A DNA stretch of 43,397 nt, counting the filler, from Jimgerdemannia flammicorona (lineage: Eukaryota): assembly GCA_003990765.1 (NCBI GenBank). It is 2 parts of 2 records of this genome, joined end to end, with 100 filler letters (N's around TTAATTAATTAA, not from the genome) between each part and the next. Parts side by side here need not be neighbours in the genome. Positions count along the whole stretch, not along the records: positions 1 to 21,649 come from RBNJ01001414.1; 1 more part is not named here. One strand, 5' to 3'. The notes under the pieces were generated by a model that was given only the letters and a program-made list of their open reading frames with translations, did no database searches and was not told the DNA's origin. This document shows, in pieces, positions 1 to 12,928 of the stretch (the stretch's first letter is position 1; each line of letters begins with the position of its first letter). The position numbers were made by a program, and so were the translations under genes.

Positions 1-2759
1 TTTTTGTTTTTTTTTGTCAAGTGGAAGAGGGGATTAGAAAATTGTCAGAGTGACATTAGGATCTATTTCCTCAAATTTGAACAATCGCAATGCATCACAA
101 TCGGTCTTGACGACCATGTCAAGGCGCATCATGCAGACGTTTCCATTCCCCATTCTACGTACCATCCCCGTTACAGATCATGTACGGCATCTCGCAACAG
201 CGTCAACTGTCATGGTCATGATTATCCATGAGTATATCGAAGTTACAATTATTAGGATATGCCAGAAATACTTCTAAATGATTCTGCTTCGATGAAGTAA
301 ACCTCACACATAATTCTTTCTCATCACTTCCCACATCCCCTCATCTACGCTTGCCGCCCTCCCTCCCCAGCACAATCGTTAATGAAGGCACCACGTCCTC
401 ACGTTACTCTGTAACGAAGAAACAGGTTGCGCGTCGATGCCATCCATATCGTCAGTAAGGCTGAAGCGTAGGGTAACGTCGAGGGGCGTATACTCGTCTG
501 GTTATATGTCGGCGATAAACTACACCTCAAGATAGGGAGACAGTAGTAAAGTAATGCGTCGATCGCGTGCGAAATGGTGGTGGGAGAGCTGTAAAGGTAA
601 CGCTCATCCAAATATTAACCCGCGTCCTTTTCCCTCTCAATCTCGCTCACATTTCCTAACCTCCATGTCCATTTATACATACGCAATTTCCGTCTCCTGG
701 CTGCTGACCGACGATTTACCGTTGGGCGACCTGCCGCTGGACGACGATTTACCACTTGAGGGCGATTTTCGTGAGCGACAACTTGCGACTGGAGGAGGAA
801 TGACGAGGGATAATGAAGGTGACAACCTGCGAATTTACTATCGACGTCTTACTGCTGAGCTACGACGGTGGCAATCAGCCTCGCTGGGAGTGGCGAATAG
901 CGACAATGATTTTCCTGCTGTCCTATGACGAGTTGCAGCTGAGCGACGACTTGCCGATGTAAGTGACGCTTTGTAGCTATGCGACGATTGACCTCCTTGT
1001 GGGTGGCCAATAGTCGCCAGAGGGTAATTAGCTGTGGGGGACGATCGTCGGCTGAGTGAAGACTAAGAGTGACAATCTGGCGCTGTGCGCCAGACGAATA
1101 TTGCAGGCGAGTGGCAACTTGGTAGAGTGGCCGATGTATTGTCGTGGGTAGCATTTGACTTTGGGACTTAAATTTATTTGTCTGTTTTCAATAATAAACC
1201 CAGCATCACGTGGTCACGAATTTTAAGTCAAGCCCTATACTCACACTTCGCTATTTGTGTTTGGAAAACCCGATAAAAATTTAGGCCGACACCATTATAT
1301 ATTATTGTATTATCACTATATTCTTGTTATATTATTAATATTATTTGTTATTTTATTAATTTTTTTAATGTATCATTTTTATTATTAACTAAATATAATT
1401 TTATTATTAGAAATCCAGCTGTATCTTTATAGTGCCCGCCGCCCTATCCCTCCCCGGCACTCTTTCGCCCCTGGTGACCTGGTAACCCGGTGTCCTGGAA
1501 TCGCCCCTGGTAACCTGGTATCCTGGAAGCCATAAGCCTGGAGCAACAGCAATCTGTGCCAATACGGAAAATTGCATCGGATGTTCGGACCTAGTCATTA
1601 TGGTGGGGCCGAGAAAAAAATTATACAATGCGGTGGTTTGGTGTCAGATTAAATTTTCCACCAAGTGTGCGACTGCCCATTGGATGGAGCGCCGTGATGA
1701 CGACGATAATGGCGAATGGCTTGTGGGCCTCCACGGTTCGATGATGACGCCTCCTCTGGTGACATCACCGTCTTGACATCTGTTTCATAATAGCCGACAA
1801 ATTCACAAACAGCTTGATACAATCCTGCGCGGTTGAAATACAAATTAATTCGACGGCCAACACCATCAAATACGGCGGTGATATACTTAATCAATGAATT
1901 CCAACGCGTTATAATATTCCATCACGTTACAAACCTTGATCAATTTTCAGCGCGTATGACCACATGTGACTTTGATTACTAGAAAGTATTCGCTTATAAA
2001 GCTTTTCATTCACAGCTCTCATACACATTCCTAAACCGTTCAATATCCAATTCGTGACCCATCAAGTTGATTGCATTTGTGATCATCGCGTTCGACTTCA
2101 TCTTGAGAACGAGTAAATACCATTTATTTCTTAAAACACCTTGAACCCTTTCATCCCGTGTTTACTACATACGATTCCACCAATATGTAAATGTAGACGG
2201 AAGCAGGATCCAATGGGGATTTGGTCGGGCAACGGAATTTGACCAGAATTTCGGGATCAGTAAGAGTTCTGGACGAAGAACATTCCGTTATGTAGGACTC
2301 CGTTGGTAGGCGGAATACGCGTAGGCTAAATACATTGACCCCGGGACAGAAATCCGAAATCCGAAATCGGGCGAAGGACGTAATAATGAAAAGGGAATCT
2401 TGAAAAGAACTCAGATGAAGGACATAACAATGAAAAGGGGGCCTTGAACGGAAGTCGTAACAGACATGGATTGAGTGAGCAGGGAGGTAGAAACAAGCTT
2501 GTCACGGGAATATATTGCAAAGTGGCGATGCAGTCTAGTCCTATTCTGTTGGGATTTACAACTCGATAAATGGTATACGTCATTATTGTGGCTTATGTAT
2601 ATGTCATCAATATCCACGTCACTATAAATCATTCGTAACACCTTGTTTTCAAGATTGCCGCTCTTGTGAAATACCAAATATTCAGAATTTATTGCTCAAA
2701 AATACCATCCAGGGTGAACAGAAATAAAGGCAAAGACAGACGAAGAGGCAGATGGAAGG

Positions 2760-3134
2760 TGTTATGTGCTCTGCAGAATTCTGCAATATTTAGATTTAAA
2801 CTAGGTGTAATATAGCAGATGCATATTAGCAGAAGTGCAGTCAATTTCTTTATCTTGAATACTTGATCTTCTTTGACTTCTCAGAATCCTCAGGTGCAGG
2901 GGTGGGGGAGTTTGCAGTTATCTGCCTGCAGACTTACTAGTTTCTTGTCTCTTTGCTTGAACTATTTGATCTAAGGTTTATTAATTATAAAAACTTGAGA
3001 TATGTATATAAGTTTGCTAGCTCTATGGTAGCTAAGTTAGGACTTCTTTTTCTTTAAGTTATTTTATACAGTTGAGAGATCTGTACATCTGTACAATCTG
3101 TACAATTATGAGTTTTATACAGTTGGATAAATTA
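2760..3134. mobile_element. Possible LTR fragment of a third, older element flanking the minus-strand element
   Basis: CpG-free sequence begins near TGTTA at 2760. It contains a TATA-like tgtatataag (about 3003) and short ctgtacaat repeats, and ends where the putative LTR terminus TGTAAC (3135) starts. Boundaries are uncertain. Confidence 0.3.
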
Positions 3135-4466
3135 TGTAACTGAGAGATTGAATAACTATAAACTATAATACTATACTATATTGAGAATTGAATTCAGGTA
3201 CTATGATAAAATGGTACTTCCTAATTCAGATCAACTGTCACAACTTCTTTCTAAATAAGTAATTTTATCTCTTTTACTACATGATCTACTTGATTATATT
3301 CTCTTAATAATAACTATTCACTTACTAGAAATCTCCTAGAACTACTTCTTGGAAATAGGCTAGGACTTGCTTGTTATTCTTGAATAATAATAGACTTAAT
3401 TAGTAATAGTAATCTGAATATAGAATATCAAATATTTCACAATGTTTCTTTTTTTACTAAGTTCTTTTTTTTATTTAATAATTATTTCAACTTAAAGTAC
3501 TCTTGATACTCAGCACAATTCTGATAGACTATAATATGTAAAATACATAATAGATGGGTCTGTACAATACTTTAAATACTGTCAAAGAAATACTCTATAA
3601 TTAGTGATTTAATAGAATACTATTATCTTTCTATAGCTTACTGAATAGCACTTATGATCCTGAGATCAAGACAGTACTTTATTGGTTAGCCATAGTACTT
3701 CTTAAGTTAGTTTTAGTAAATAGTAGTGAGGATAATTATGTCTGATAGTTTTTATAACTAAAAGGTAATTTCTTTTATTTTTTGAACAACATAAGATCTT
3801 TTCTACTTAGACTCTAGTTTTTGTAATTATGGAGTTTTTAATATATTTTAATATATCAGAACTTTATCTTTCATTTTGATAATCTCTAAGAGCTTACAGA
3901 TCTTCTCTATATTATATTATTATAATACTTATATATATCTTGATTATATAATCTTTAGTCTTATTTCTTATTTAATATAATCTCTATTTTTTGGCATTTA
4001 TATATTTTTATACTACATCACTATTAGATAATAGGATTTCTTTATAACTTTCTTCTCTGAATAGCAATTTCTGATAGTTGAGAAGTGTACTTTATAATTG
4101 TATATTTGAAAATAGATAATACTATTAGTAGATAGTGGTCTTAATTTTCAAAGTTATTACAGAACTTAGTAATAATATTCTTGAGAGTCTTGATAGTTCT
4201 TTCTATCTGTTAATTTCTCTATAGATACTGTTATATAGTGGTCACTAAGTTCTTCAAATATGTCAGATTCTCTTCAAGGTGTATCTCTTAGACTAACTCA
4301 AGTTTGTTATAAGCAAGTCCTTATTGAAGTGCCTTCCCAAGGTCTTATAGTCCTCAAACTTCTTATCTTTAAACTGTCTTGTTATCTCTTTAGATTGCTG
4401 GTAAGGAATTATATATATTACATATACTAAGAGGAACTGACTTTATTTCAAAGGAAATAAGAGGGA

Positions 4467-4474
4467 TATTTATA
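4467..4474 (-). promoter_or_regulatory. TATA box in the element A LTR
   Basis: TATAAATAtccctc on the minus strand, about 270 bp downstream of the U3 ORF. Element B has the same layout (TATAAATAccccct). Confidence 0.55.
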
Positions 4475-4744
4475 CAAAATATGATTTAATAGTTGCTAAG
4501 ATATAAAGCTAAATATAAATTTCAATAACCAAATAAAATACTGGAATACAGAAAACTATAGTTGTCAGTATAGATTTCAGTATTGATATAGATTGTTGCA
4601 TAAGTTCAGAGTACTGATAGAATTTCAGTAGTATAGGAAAAGGATGCTAGAAGAATTCAGAGTTACACAGAATCAGAATACCAGTGAAAGGATTAACTAT
4701 TATATGGGAAAAGGATTCTGGCAGAATTCAGTATCACTAAGAAT

Positions 4745-5566
4745 TTAAAACAGAAAGTTCAGAACCATGGGGGCTTCATCCTCATTACTGTCCTCAAAGA
4801 AGATGAGGTGTGTGAATATTTTATCCATTTTGCATGCTCTATAGCATGTTTCACATATATCATATGGGATAATATCATCACCAATCACATCATCACATTT
4901 GGTAGCAGAGAGAGCAAGAAGATCAGAGGCTCTCTAGTCTATAAGGTCCTCTTCCACAAAATAAGAGACAAATGTGGGGTCTTGGAGAGATCTAACCTAG
5001 ATGCTTGGGCCTTAGAATACTGTGATCAATCCTTACAGGAATTGATCTGGGTTGTTCTAGAGGATGGGATATCAGAACTCTTCTATTTCATTATTATTGA
5101 GAGTGATATTGGACTAGGCTTTTATAGCCATCATAGCTTCTAGTATATTGATACAGTGGGCCGATAGATCCCTGAAGTCTGAGACTCTAGTATACTCCAA
5201 GTTGGGGATTGATCATAGTACATGCCTGAAGATCTGATAAATCTTCTTGGTTATCCTTATTTCACATATATCTATAGAAGTGGCATCTTGTAGCTCTTGA
5301 GGGCTGGCTTGAGGGAATTCCCAGCAGAGAAGATTTCCTATTTCATATTCTTACTATATCTGGAAGCATTCAGTAGCAATGGTAATTCTTGTTTCTATCT
5401 TACAGCAGTAGAGAATATAATGATAAGAGTTGTTAGTACTCAGGTTGACACTAGGAGTCTTTGTAGTATAGATCCTTATAGCTCTTTGGATGTCTTGGAA
5501 TATCTTTTCCTAGACTGAGAGGTCTTAGTGATTCCTTGACCTTGAGGTTTGGTAAGCAGCAGGTAT
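4745..5566 (-). pseudogene. Decayed accessory ORF (about 273 codons) inside U3 of the element A LTR; apparent homologue of the 19712-20809 ORF
   Basis: One frame with no frameshift: (M, now ATA)PAAYQ...V*EKIFQDIQRAI...ECFQI**EYEIGNLL...ITKKIYQIFRHVL*SIPNLEYTRVSDFRDLSAHCINIL...FEDSNEDEAPMVLNFLF*. The stops are explicable by single transitions. Confidence 0.65.
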
Positions 5567-5820
5567 TTTATTTATAGTAAGTCTTTGAGCTATTTCAGAA
5601 TTAGTAGTTATTGAGTTGCTACTACTGTAATTCCTTGATCCTTTTTTTATATTTCTTGAGATGTCTATTTTATAGTCCCAATGACTTACAGTTGGTCATC
5701 ATGGCTCATCTTGTAGTCTGGGTGAGTCATGTTATATAATCTTCTTATTCTCTGATCTGGTGACGTGTAAGAAAAGACTATCTCCAGTACTGATATCATC
5801 ATTCTGAGGTTACTGTTACA

Positions 5821-5830
5821 TCTTCCTCCT
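5821..5830 (-). other. Polypurine tract of element A
   Basis: AGGAGGAAGA on the minus strand, directly 5' of TGTAACAG and about 350 bp after the integrase end. Confidence 0.65.
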
Positions 5831-6189
5831 GAATAAGAACTTTTGAATGTTTTTATTCATTAGTCCAGTCCTGAAAAATTTAGTGATCTCATAACCTCTG
5901 GCAGAGGGTTGAAAAGTGGTGTTTATAGACTGGCATCTTCTCTATGTATTTTGGTATAATGGTGAAGAGTCACTTCCTTCATATAGAGCAAGGGTCTGAT
6001 TCTGATCTTGACTAATTAGTTGATAGTTCAAACTCCTCTGGCTTTAAAAGTCTCAAAGATAAGAAGTTACTAGTACTGTATTCTTAAGAGAATAGTCCAG
6101 ACAGATTGTCTACTAGTTATGGGACATGCTGTTACAATTTATGGACTAGAACCTTATGGGTGGTTATTATATTTTACTTCTCTTATATA

Positions 6190-8730
6190 GGTTCATAGTA
6201 CTTCTTAAGTCTGTTCCTATATACCATAGTGGACAGTATGGTCTCTGAGAGTTTTCTAAGTCAGAAGGTAGTTCTCTTGATATCTTATACATAGAAGGGT
6301 TCTTCCCATTTGGGCTCCAGTTTTCATGACTATGAGGCTTCTACCATATTTTAATATAGTAGAACCTTTTCTCTGATTTGGATAAGTTCTAGAGTCTTGT
6401 AATTCTTCTCTACATTCTTCCTTATCAGCACTTATGACTTGATGATGTGATCTTCAGCCTTCTTTCTGATTTAGTATAGTCTCCAGATTTCAGAGTCTAC
6501 CCATCTCCAAGTTAGGTCTAGATTTGTGGCTGAGGTTCCATCAGAATCTTCTTCTCTAAAGAGCAGTTCTCTTGGGGTAAAGTGTGTACTCTTGACCATA
6601 TATCTCATAGGACAGAGAGAGCAGTTGGGAGATTGTTATCTCAATTGTCATATGTGTCTGAGATCTTCACCAGAATATTCTTGAGAGTCTTGTTGGTTCT
6701 TTCTATCTATCCATTTCCTTGAGAGTAGTATGTGGTAGTCTTAATATGCTGAATCTTGTATTTCTGATATATTATCTCATAGAATCCATGGACAAATTCT
6801 GTGCTGCAGTCTGTAGTGATTTGCTTTTGTATTTTGTAGCAGCAGATGATTTCTGATACAGAAAGTCACTAAAGAGAGAACATTGGCTTCTTGTAATGCT
6901 TCTGCTTCTATCTATTTGGTAAAGAGGTCTATAATAACTATAATATAGTGGTTTCCCGATAGTGTTACTAGTAGTGGCTCAATGATATCTATTGCAATGT
7001 AGTGGAAGAAGATAGGCTCAATTTGTAATAATCTGAGTGCCTGGTCTTGCTGATCTTATTTCTGTTTTTAGTACTTGTCATACTCTTTGACAAATTGGCA
7101 CAGGTCTTCTTTTATCTTTGGCCATCACATGGTTCTTCTTACTTGTTGTATATGTTGATTTCTCCTAGGTGTCCTTGTTTATATACTTCCTTTATTACTT
7201 GATACTTCCAGTGTTCAGATATTACAAGCTTTTATTCTTTTCTGAGTATGGTGTTATCTAGTTCAAATTGTTTCCAAGTCCAGTTAATGATGGTGATAGT
7301 CCAGGGTTTGAGGTAGTTGGGTATCTTCCACTGTCCAAGATAGCTAATTAATCTATAGTATAGCTCCTTATCTATGTTGATAGTCTTGATGGAGGTATCT
7401 TTGAGAGTACATCAGTATTGGTGTTGGTTCTCCCTGAGTGGTGCTTGACAGTTCAGTCATACTCTTATGTATAGTCTGTAGATCTATCTGGTATATATTC
7501 CTTTGGGGTTCAAAGTATAGAATAGCCAAGTAAGAGCAAAATGGTCTATTTGAATAGTGAAGTGTTTTCTGGCTAGATAGTAGTAGAACTTGTCTACTGC
7601 TCAAACTACTGCTAGGCATTTAAGCTTGCATGACTCATAGTTCTGTTCTACTCTATAGGTACCTCAGCTTATATAAGAGATGACATATTCATAACCATCT
7701 TTCTTCTGTGCTAGGACTGCTCTAAGTCCCATAGTACTTATGTCTGTTTGCAGAATGAACTCTAGATTCCAATCTGATATGGGTGCTTGGGTCAATCTAG
7801 TCTTGAGTTCATTGAAGGTTTCTTGCTATTCCTTAGTCTATTCAAATTTGGTCTCTTTCTTCAGTTGCTTGTAGATGGGTGCTATAATGTTGGAGTATCC
7901 TTTGATGAATCTTCCATAATAGGAGGCCAGTCCAAAGAAGGCATGGACTTCTATAGTTGTCCTGGGTCTTGGGTAGGATGTAACAGCCTCAATTTTCATA
8001 GAATCTATATGAATTCCAGTCTAGTTGATAATGTGTCCTAGGTAGGTAATTTCTCGGGCTACAAACTTAAACTTCTTAGGCTTGATATAGAGACCATATT
8101 CCTTGAGCTTCTTGAGAGCTAGCTGTATGTGGTTGACATGTTTCCACACAGTATTGCTGAAGATGATCATATCATTAATATAGACAAAGAGGTATTTTCC
8201 AATCTCATTGCTGAAGACTCTATTCATCATTTATTGAAAACTTGCTGGTGTATTGCATATTCCAAATGGCATTCAAAGGTAGACATAGGTGGCATCAGGT
8301 ATGAGGAAGGCTGATTTTTCACTGGCATCTTGAGTGAGACCAATCTGATGAAAGCCTGAGAACAGATCTCAGGTAGTATAGTATTTGGCTTTGCTTCCAA
8401 GAGTGTAAGGATTTCTTGAATATTTGGCAAGGATATCTATCCTTCTTGGTGATTGCATTGAGCTTCCTGTAATCAATATAGAGTCTTGGGGCAAACTCTC
8501 TAGGCTTGCTTTCTTTCTTTGGAGTGAGGACAATAGAAGAAGTCTAGAGGCTAATAGCTTGCTTGATAATTCCAGCTTCTTTCATTTCCTTGAGTTCTGC
8601 TTGCAGTCATTCTCTATAGGCAGGTGGTATAGGTCTGGCTTTCAGATAGATGGGCTTGATATCACTGGTGTCAACTTCATGATAGTACTTGGATTCTTGA
8701 TTGTGAATATGAAGTCTGTGGCAAGTACTT
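6190..8730 (-). pseudogene. pol: pol (RT, RNase H, integrase) of element A, heavily mutated
   Basis: ORF pieces 8021-8230 (LFVYINDMIIFS...HIQLAL...ITYLGHII) and 8227-8430. RNase H FILQTD-like motif about 7750. Integrase core and GPY/F-like tail ending VYRNRLKKYY. No chromodomain seen after it. Confidence 0.85.
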
Positions 8731-8866
8731 CTTCATTCTAGTTCAGGATCTTGAAAAGTTGTTCTTTTAGAGAAATGTTTTCTCTAACGATATATGTATG
8801 CTTGTTCTGATCCTTGTCTTTCTTATGCTCAAGTTCAGTAATTTTAGTAGTAGTATAGGCTCCTCT

Positions 8867-9280
8867 TCCAGTAGATCCAAAGTCTTGTTCTTCTCTCTTA
8901 GTCTTGATAAGTTCAATGGCTTCCATGATCTTAGGCTTCTTGACTTTATGGATCAATATCTGGCCAATCCTGTCATACTTCTTGACTTTGAATAGGGTGG
9001 TAGAGTTGTGATTCCTGGCTATGAGGAAGATTTTGACAGTGTAATCAGGGTCAATTACTCTCTCTTCAACTGAGATTTCACTTTTGGCCAGACTGCTCCT
9101 GGTCTTAATAATTCTGTTATAGTTTTCTGGCAACTTGACTCCAATTCCAGTACCAAGTAGAGTAGTGGTCTGTGGTTTGAGGGTAGCATCTTGAATGCTG
9201 GCAAGGTCCATTCCTATGGCTGCTTCAGTCTTATATTATGGAATCTTAACTTTGGGATAAAACTTCTTGACTTTAAGAGT
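8867..9280 (-). pseudogene. dut: Trimeric dUTPase domain of element A, between protease and RT
   Basis: ORF 8738-9211 and the upstream frame give GMDL (motif I), TRSSLA (II), VIDPDYT (III), DRIGQ (IV) and REEQDFGSTG (V). Confidence 0.9.
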
Positions 9281-9659
9281 AATGTCTGGTTCTTGTTTCT
9301 CCTCATCTTCACTGTCAGCTTGAAGCTCTGGGGGCTGGTCATCTTTTTTGACTTTCTTTTTACTTCAGCAGCTTCTTACTCATACTTTTGTTGGCAGATT
9401 TTCCTGACTTCACTGATACAGGACCAGCAGTCATTTAGGTGTTCAGAGCAATACATCCTAGTACTATGAGAGTATCTTTCTTAAGGGGTATAGCCTTCAA
9501 TGATCTTGTTGTACTACTGCTCATCTGTGAGATTGGGTGTCTTGTTCTTGTTCTTGTTCTTATTCACTGAGTGTATGAAGACTTCTGTATCCTCTTCATT
9601 TCTTTTCTCCATATCTGGTAGAACTTCTTTGTGGACATTGATAGAGACTTGTTCTATAG

Positions 9660-10882
9660 TTGATCTGCATCTTCTGGACATTGAGATCAATGATGGCCTT
9701 CACCTTGTGAAGTCATTGGTTACCAATGAGGATGTCATAGTTGGTGGCACTTGTAACAATCATATCTACTGAGATGGTAGCTCCTTCAATCTTGATGGGG
9801 ACTTCTTGGATTTTGTCTAGGAAGGTAGCTTATATGCTATCTGCTATAACATAGATCATCTTGGTGAACTCTTCGATGTCCCAGCCTAAGTGGTCACTTG
9901 CCTTCTTACTCATGAGACATCCTCTAGCACTAGTATCAATAATGGTATCAAAGATACAATATTCAATCTGACATGTGGTATAGGTTGATATCTTGCACTG
10001 GTCTTCAGTTTCTTCACCTGAGTTTTTGGATTCTTCTTATGCATTGTGAGCTTCTACAATCTAGTACTCTTGATTCTTGACAGTGATTGCAAGTTCTACT
10101 CTCAATTGCTGTCTGAAGGCAGAGACTTTGGCTAGCTGTCCAAAAGTAGTATTGATCTTCTGTTCCTTGAGATCCTTATAGATATCATATTGGTGGATCT
10201 TGGTCTTATGCAACTTCTGTTCTTTCTTGTTTTCACTTTATCCTGACTAGAGTAGTGAATTTGATAATTTGGTGGGCAGCTTTATCCAGCTCCATGTCTT
10301 GATCAATCTCCTCAGATTGGGTCTTGCTTTGAATAATAATAGCTGGGGTCTTCTTTGGTCTTCCAACTGGCTTGTGGTTGCTCTTCTTATTATATGGCTT
10401 GGACTGGGTTCTGTCATCTTCAGTAACAGGGTAGAATTCAAACTTCTCATAGTATTCTTCATCATCAGTGTCACTAATCTCCTTGATGACTACTATATTG
10501 GTTTGTTATCTAGTTCTAGTAGCATTACTGGGTTGGGCTTTATGTCTTGTTTTAGTCATACAACTCTTTGTATAGTGGCCTTCTTCTCTATATCTGAAGC
10601 ATGTGATATTGTATTCTTCTATAAAAGCTACAAATCTCTGTACTGGTCTCCTGTTGGCACTTCAGACTTCTCTAACAACATCACCAAGATGTGTAATCAT
10701 CTCAGCAAACTGCTTGGTGAGTTCCTCCACTGGGTCAGCTTTGGCTGTCTTGGGGGTAGTTGGGGATAGTTTTCTGTTTACAACTGTAGTTGGTATGATA
10801 CTGGTTGACTTTGATGGCTCTATCTTAATACCAGTTATTTTCTCTATTGAGTGTTTGGTTAGATGTCTGGCAGTTCAATATC
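9660..10882 (-). pseudogene. gag: gag C-terminus (zinc knuckle) and aspartic protease of element A, interrupted at 10882 by element B
   Basis: DPVEELTKQFAEM..., decayed CCHC knuckle at 10601-10560, and retropepsin motifs IIDTSARG and YDILIGNQ*L. Confidence 0.8.
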
Positions 10883-12913
10883 TGTAAGCACACAACCTCC
10901 AAGCCACTGAAATTACATGTCACCCTCAGAACAAATCTGGAAATCACCTACTTGATCACAAAGCTGAGTCAAACTGAAGTCACAGCGCACAAAGCTGAGT
11001 CAATACGAAGTCACAGAACACAAGATTTACACAAACGGAGTCTTACCAATCAGGACCAAATGCATATATACTGAGCACTGAGATGCATCGAAACAGAGAA
11101 CCAAAACAAACAACAACCACAAACTTCCAAACATACAAACATGACCACCGAGATCTACAACCATATCTGTGCTGACATTTGGAATGCCATTGTCAACCGA
11201 GCCACACCCCCTCTGCCCCTCATGAATATCCATAGCCTAGCACCCCTCTACTTCGTGGAAGCCTGATGGAATGCCAGGAATATGCTTAATGAGGCCCACC
11301 GGATCGGACAAATATCAAGCTACTACCAGATTGGCTGCCTCTTGGAAGATATGGTCGAACACCACCACGATACAGACATTACCCAGATGTCTCAACACCA
11401 GAAGCTCATCGTCGGCAAACATCGAGAACTCTTCTATGAGTACAACACCTTTATTCCCTATCTCCGAGTTACTACCAGCAAAATGTTGCTACCCTATCCT
11501 ATGGCCAAATTGATGACATGATACAAGAACTCAACCACAAGTACCTCGAATATGTCCAGACCACAGACAGAACCTTTCCACACCCCAATGATCATATCCT
11601 GCAAATGCCCCAAGTTGGATATGCCATGAAGGACATCTACAATATAATCCACTTCGATGAAGATGAAGCAGAAGACAATGATCCCTCTGACGCCGACATG
11701 ACCTCTAGCCAAGGATCTCTGCCAACCCTGATCACCCCGCCAACCTTCTCAATGAACTTACAATAGTTCATAACTACATACAGGACTTATTGGGACAATG
11801 ACCACTGGCACGAATACCAACCTGCATTCACCCCTGATTACTTCAATTACAATGAAGAGACCAGAGAACACAACCTGTACCTCCAGACAACCCTCGAGAT
11901 CGAACCAACAACCCCACCACCTGAGTATGAGTGACATGAACCACAGCCGCCAGCTTACTACAACCCCGCGACTCACAGTGCTGTAACCTATAGAAGGTAC
12001 GCAGACAGTGAATCCGATGAAAGCGAAGACAATACACCCATCCTTCACCCACCAACACCTTATCCAGCATATGAAACAGATGATGCTATCCTGTCGGATG
12101 GAGATAAAGTTCCAATGTACTATTACCTCAGCGAACAAGGAGAAGTAATCCGCAAACCATTATTCCTAGATGACTACTTCATCAGAGATGATGCAATTGA
12201 TGGTGATGTCATCGAAGACTACCCAGACAGTGCCTAAACCCATAAATAGTCTAGCAGTCATAGTATAGTTAGCTTAGCCTTGTACGACATGACTGTGAAC
12301 TGACTCAGCAGTCAGACAATCTCTTGACATGTCAGATCACACTTGTACTATGTGACTACATTCCAACTCAGTAAAGCACTTAGTGCTACATCCATATTCA
12401 GCATAGTCTAGATAGCCCCTCACTAGTATAAATACCCCCTCCCCCAGACCTCAGAATCCCAGACTCGAATACATAAGAACATTCCTGAATACTTCCCCAC
12501 AATATCCCTTTACACAACTACTCCTAGTATAGCAATATCATGAATAGCAAATAAACCTATTTCATAACCCACAAACCACTCTTAAGTAAATCCGCTCCCT
12601 GTTAGGTCCTACTCCTAACTCCATCACGAAATTTCCTAATTGGGTATTGTCTGCAGCGATACACCAATTGAACTAAGCTGGTCTTAGTTTCTTGAACTTC
12701 CTGAAATACGGAAAATCCTGAACATCCAGAACTAGTCCGAAAAAGGACTTTGGTTGAGATGTCAACCCGATCTTGAAATCAATAAGCGTAGAGGATGTAC
12801 TCCATACGAAATTGATCTTGACCATAAGAAAACGGTCTTCCAGAACATCCAGAATATCTAGAAAACCCTTCCAGAACTACATAACAGTTACCCTAAAAAG
12901 TAACCCTCTTACA
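10883..12913 (+). repeat. 5' LTR of element B (2031 bp)
   Basis: Direct repeat of 19423-21487 with TGTAAG/CTTACA termini, TATAAATA at 12427-12434 and AATAAA at 12550-12555. I counted about 20 mismatches to the 3' LTR in a 220-bp sample, mostly transitions. Confidence 0.95.
11141..12237 (+). pseudogene. Disrupted 5'-LTR copy of the U3 accessory ORF
   Basis: Colinear with 19712-20809. TGA at about 11264, a 1-bp deletion at about 11486, TAG at about 11764 and TGA at about 11932. Confidence 0.9.
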
Positions 12914-12916
12914 ACT

Positions 12917-12928
12917 TAGTAGCAGTGG
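12917..12928 (+). other. Primer-binding site, probably initiator tRNA-Met, with one G>A change
   Basis: TAGTAGCAGTGG lies 3 nt after the 5' LTR and resembles TGGTAGCAG, the complement of the eukaryotic tRNAi-Met 3' end. Confidence 0.65.

Larger units (their letters stand above)
3135..5820 (-). repeat. Putative 3' LTR of element A (about 2.7 kb)
   Basis: On the minus strand, AGGAGGAAGA (PPT) is followed directly by TGTAACAG at 5820. A candidate end ...CAGTTACA at 3135 gives a 6-bp terminal inverted repeat. Internal TATAAATA at 4474-4467. The partner LTR is not in the window, so the left end is tentative. Confidence 0.55.
3135..10882 (-). mobile_element. Decayed Ty3/Gypsy LTR retrotransposon (element A, host of the nested insertion); probably continues at 21488-21649
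   Basis: Minus-strand order: zinc knuckle CFRYREEGHYTKSC (10601-10560, Cys mutated TGT>TAT), protease IIDTSARG (about 9935), dUTPase, RT (YIND, decayed YIDD, about 8170), RNase H, integrase (TTTYYSQGNG*IERTNKTLK about 6720; KLEPKWEEPF about 6310), then PPT and LTR. Many in-frame stops and almost no CpG. Confidence 0.9.

Noticed and set aside
30..1154. Possible spliced minus-strand gene (GTATGT...TTACAG at about 682-588; tail ...LRLFKFEEIDPNVTLTIF*)
   Set aside because: In-frame stops, no recognisable domain and no consistent model.
1466..1545. CCTGGT-rich short repeats, superficially collagen-like or CRISPR-like
   Set aside because: Two imperfect copies of a short unit, no unique spacers and no sustained Gly-X-Y frame.
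1649..2700. Short ORFs and an exon-like segment (DGSRIQWGFGRATEFDQNF...)
   Set aside because: No identifiable family. At most a degraded gene.
7787..10887. Hydrophobic plus-strand ORFs (for example 10269-10769 and 9191-9469) resembling env or membrane proteins
   Set aside because: Antisense shadows of the A-rich minus-strand gag-pol of element A.
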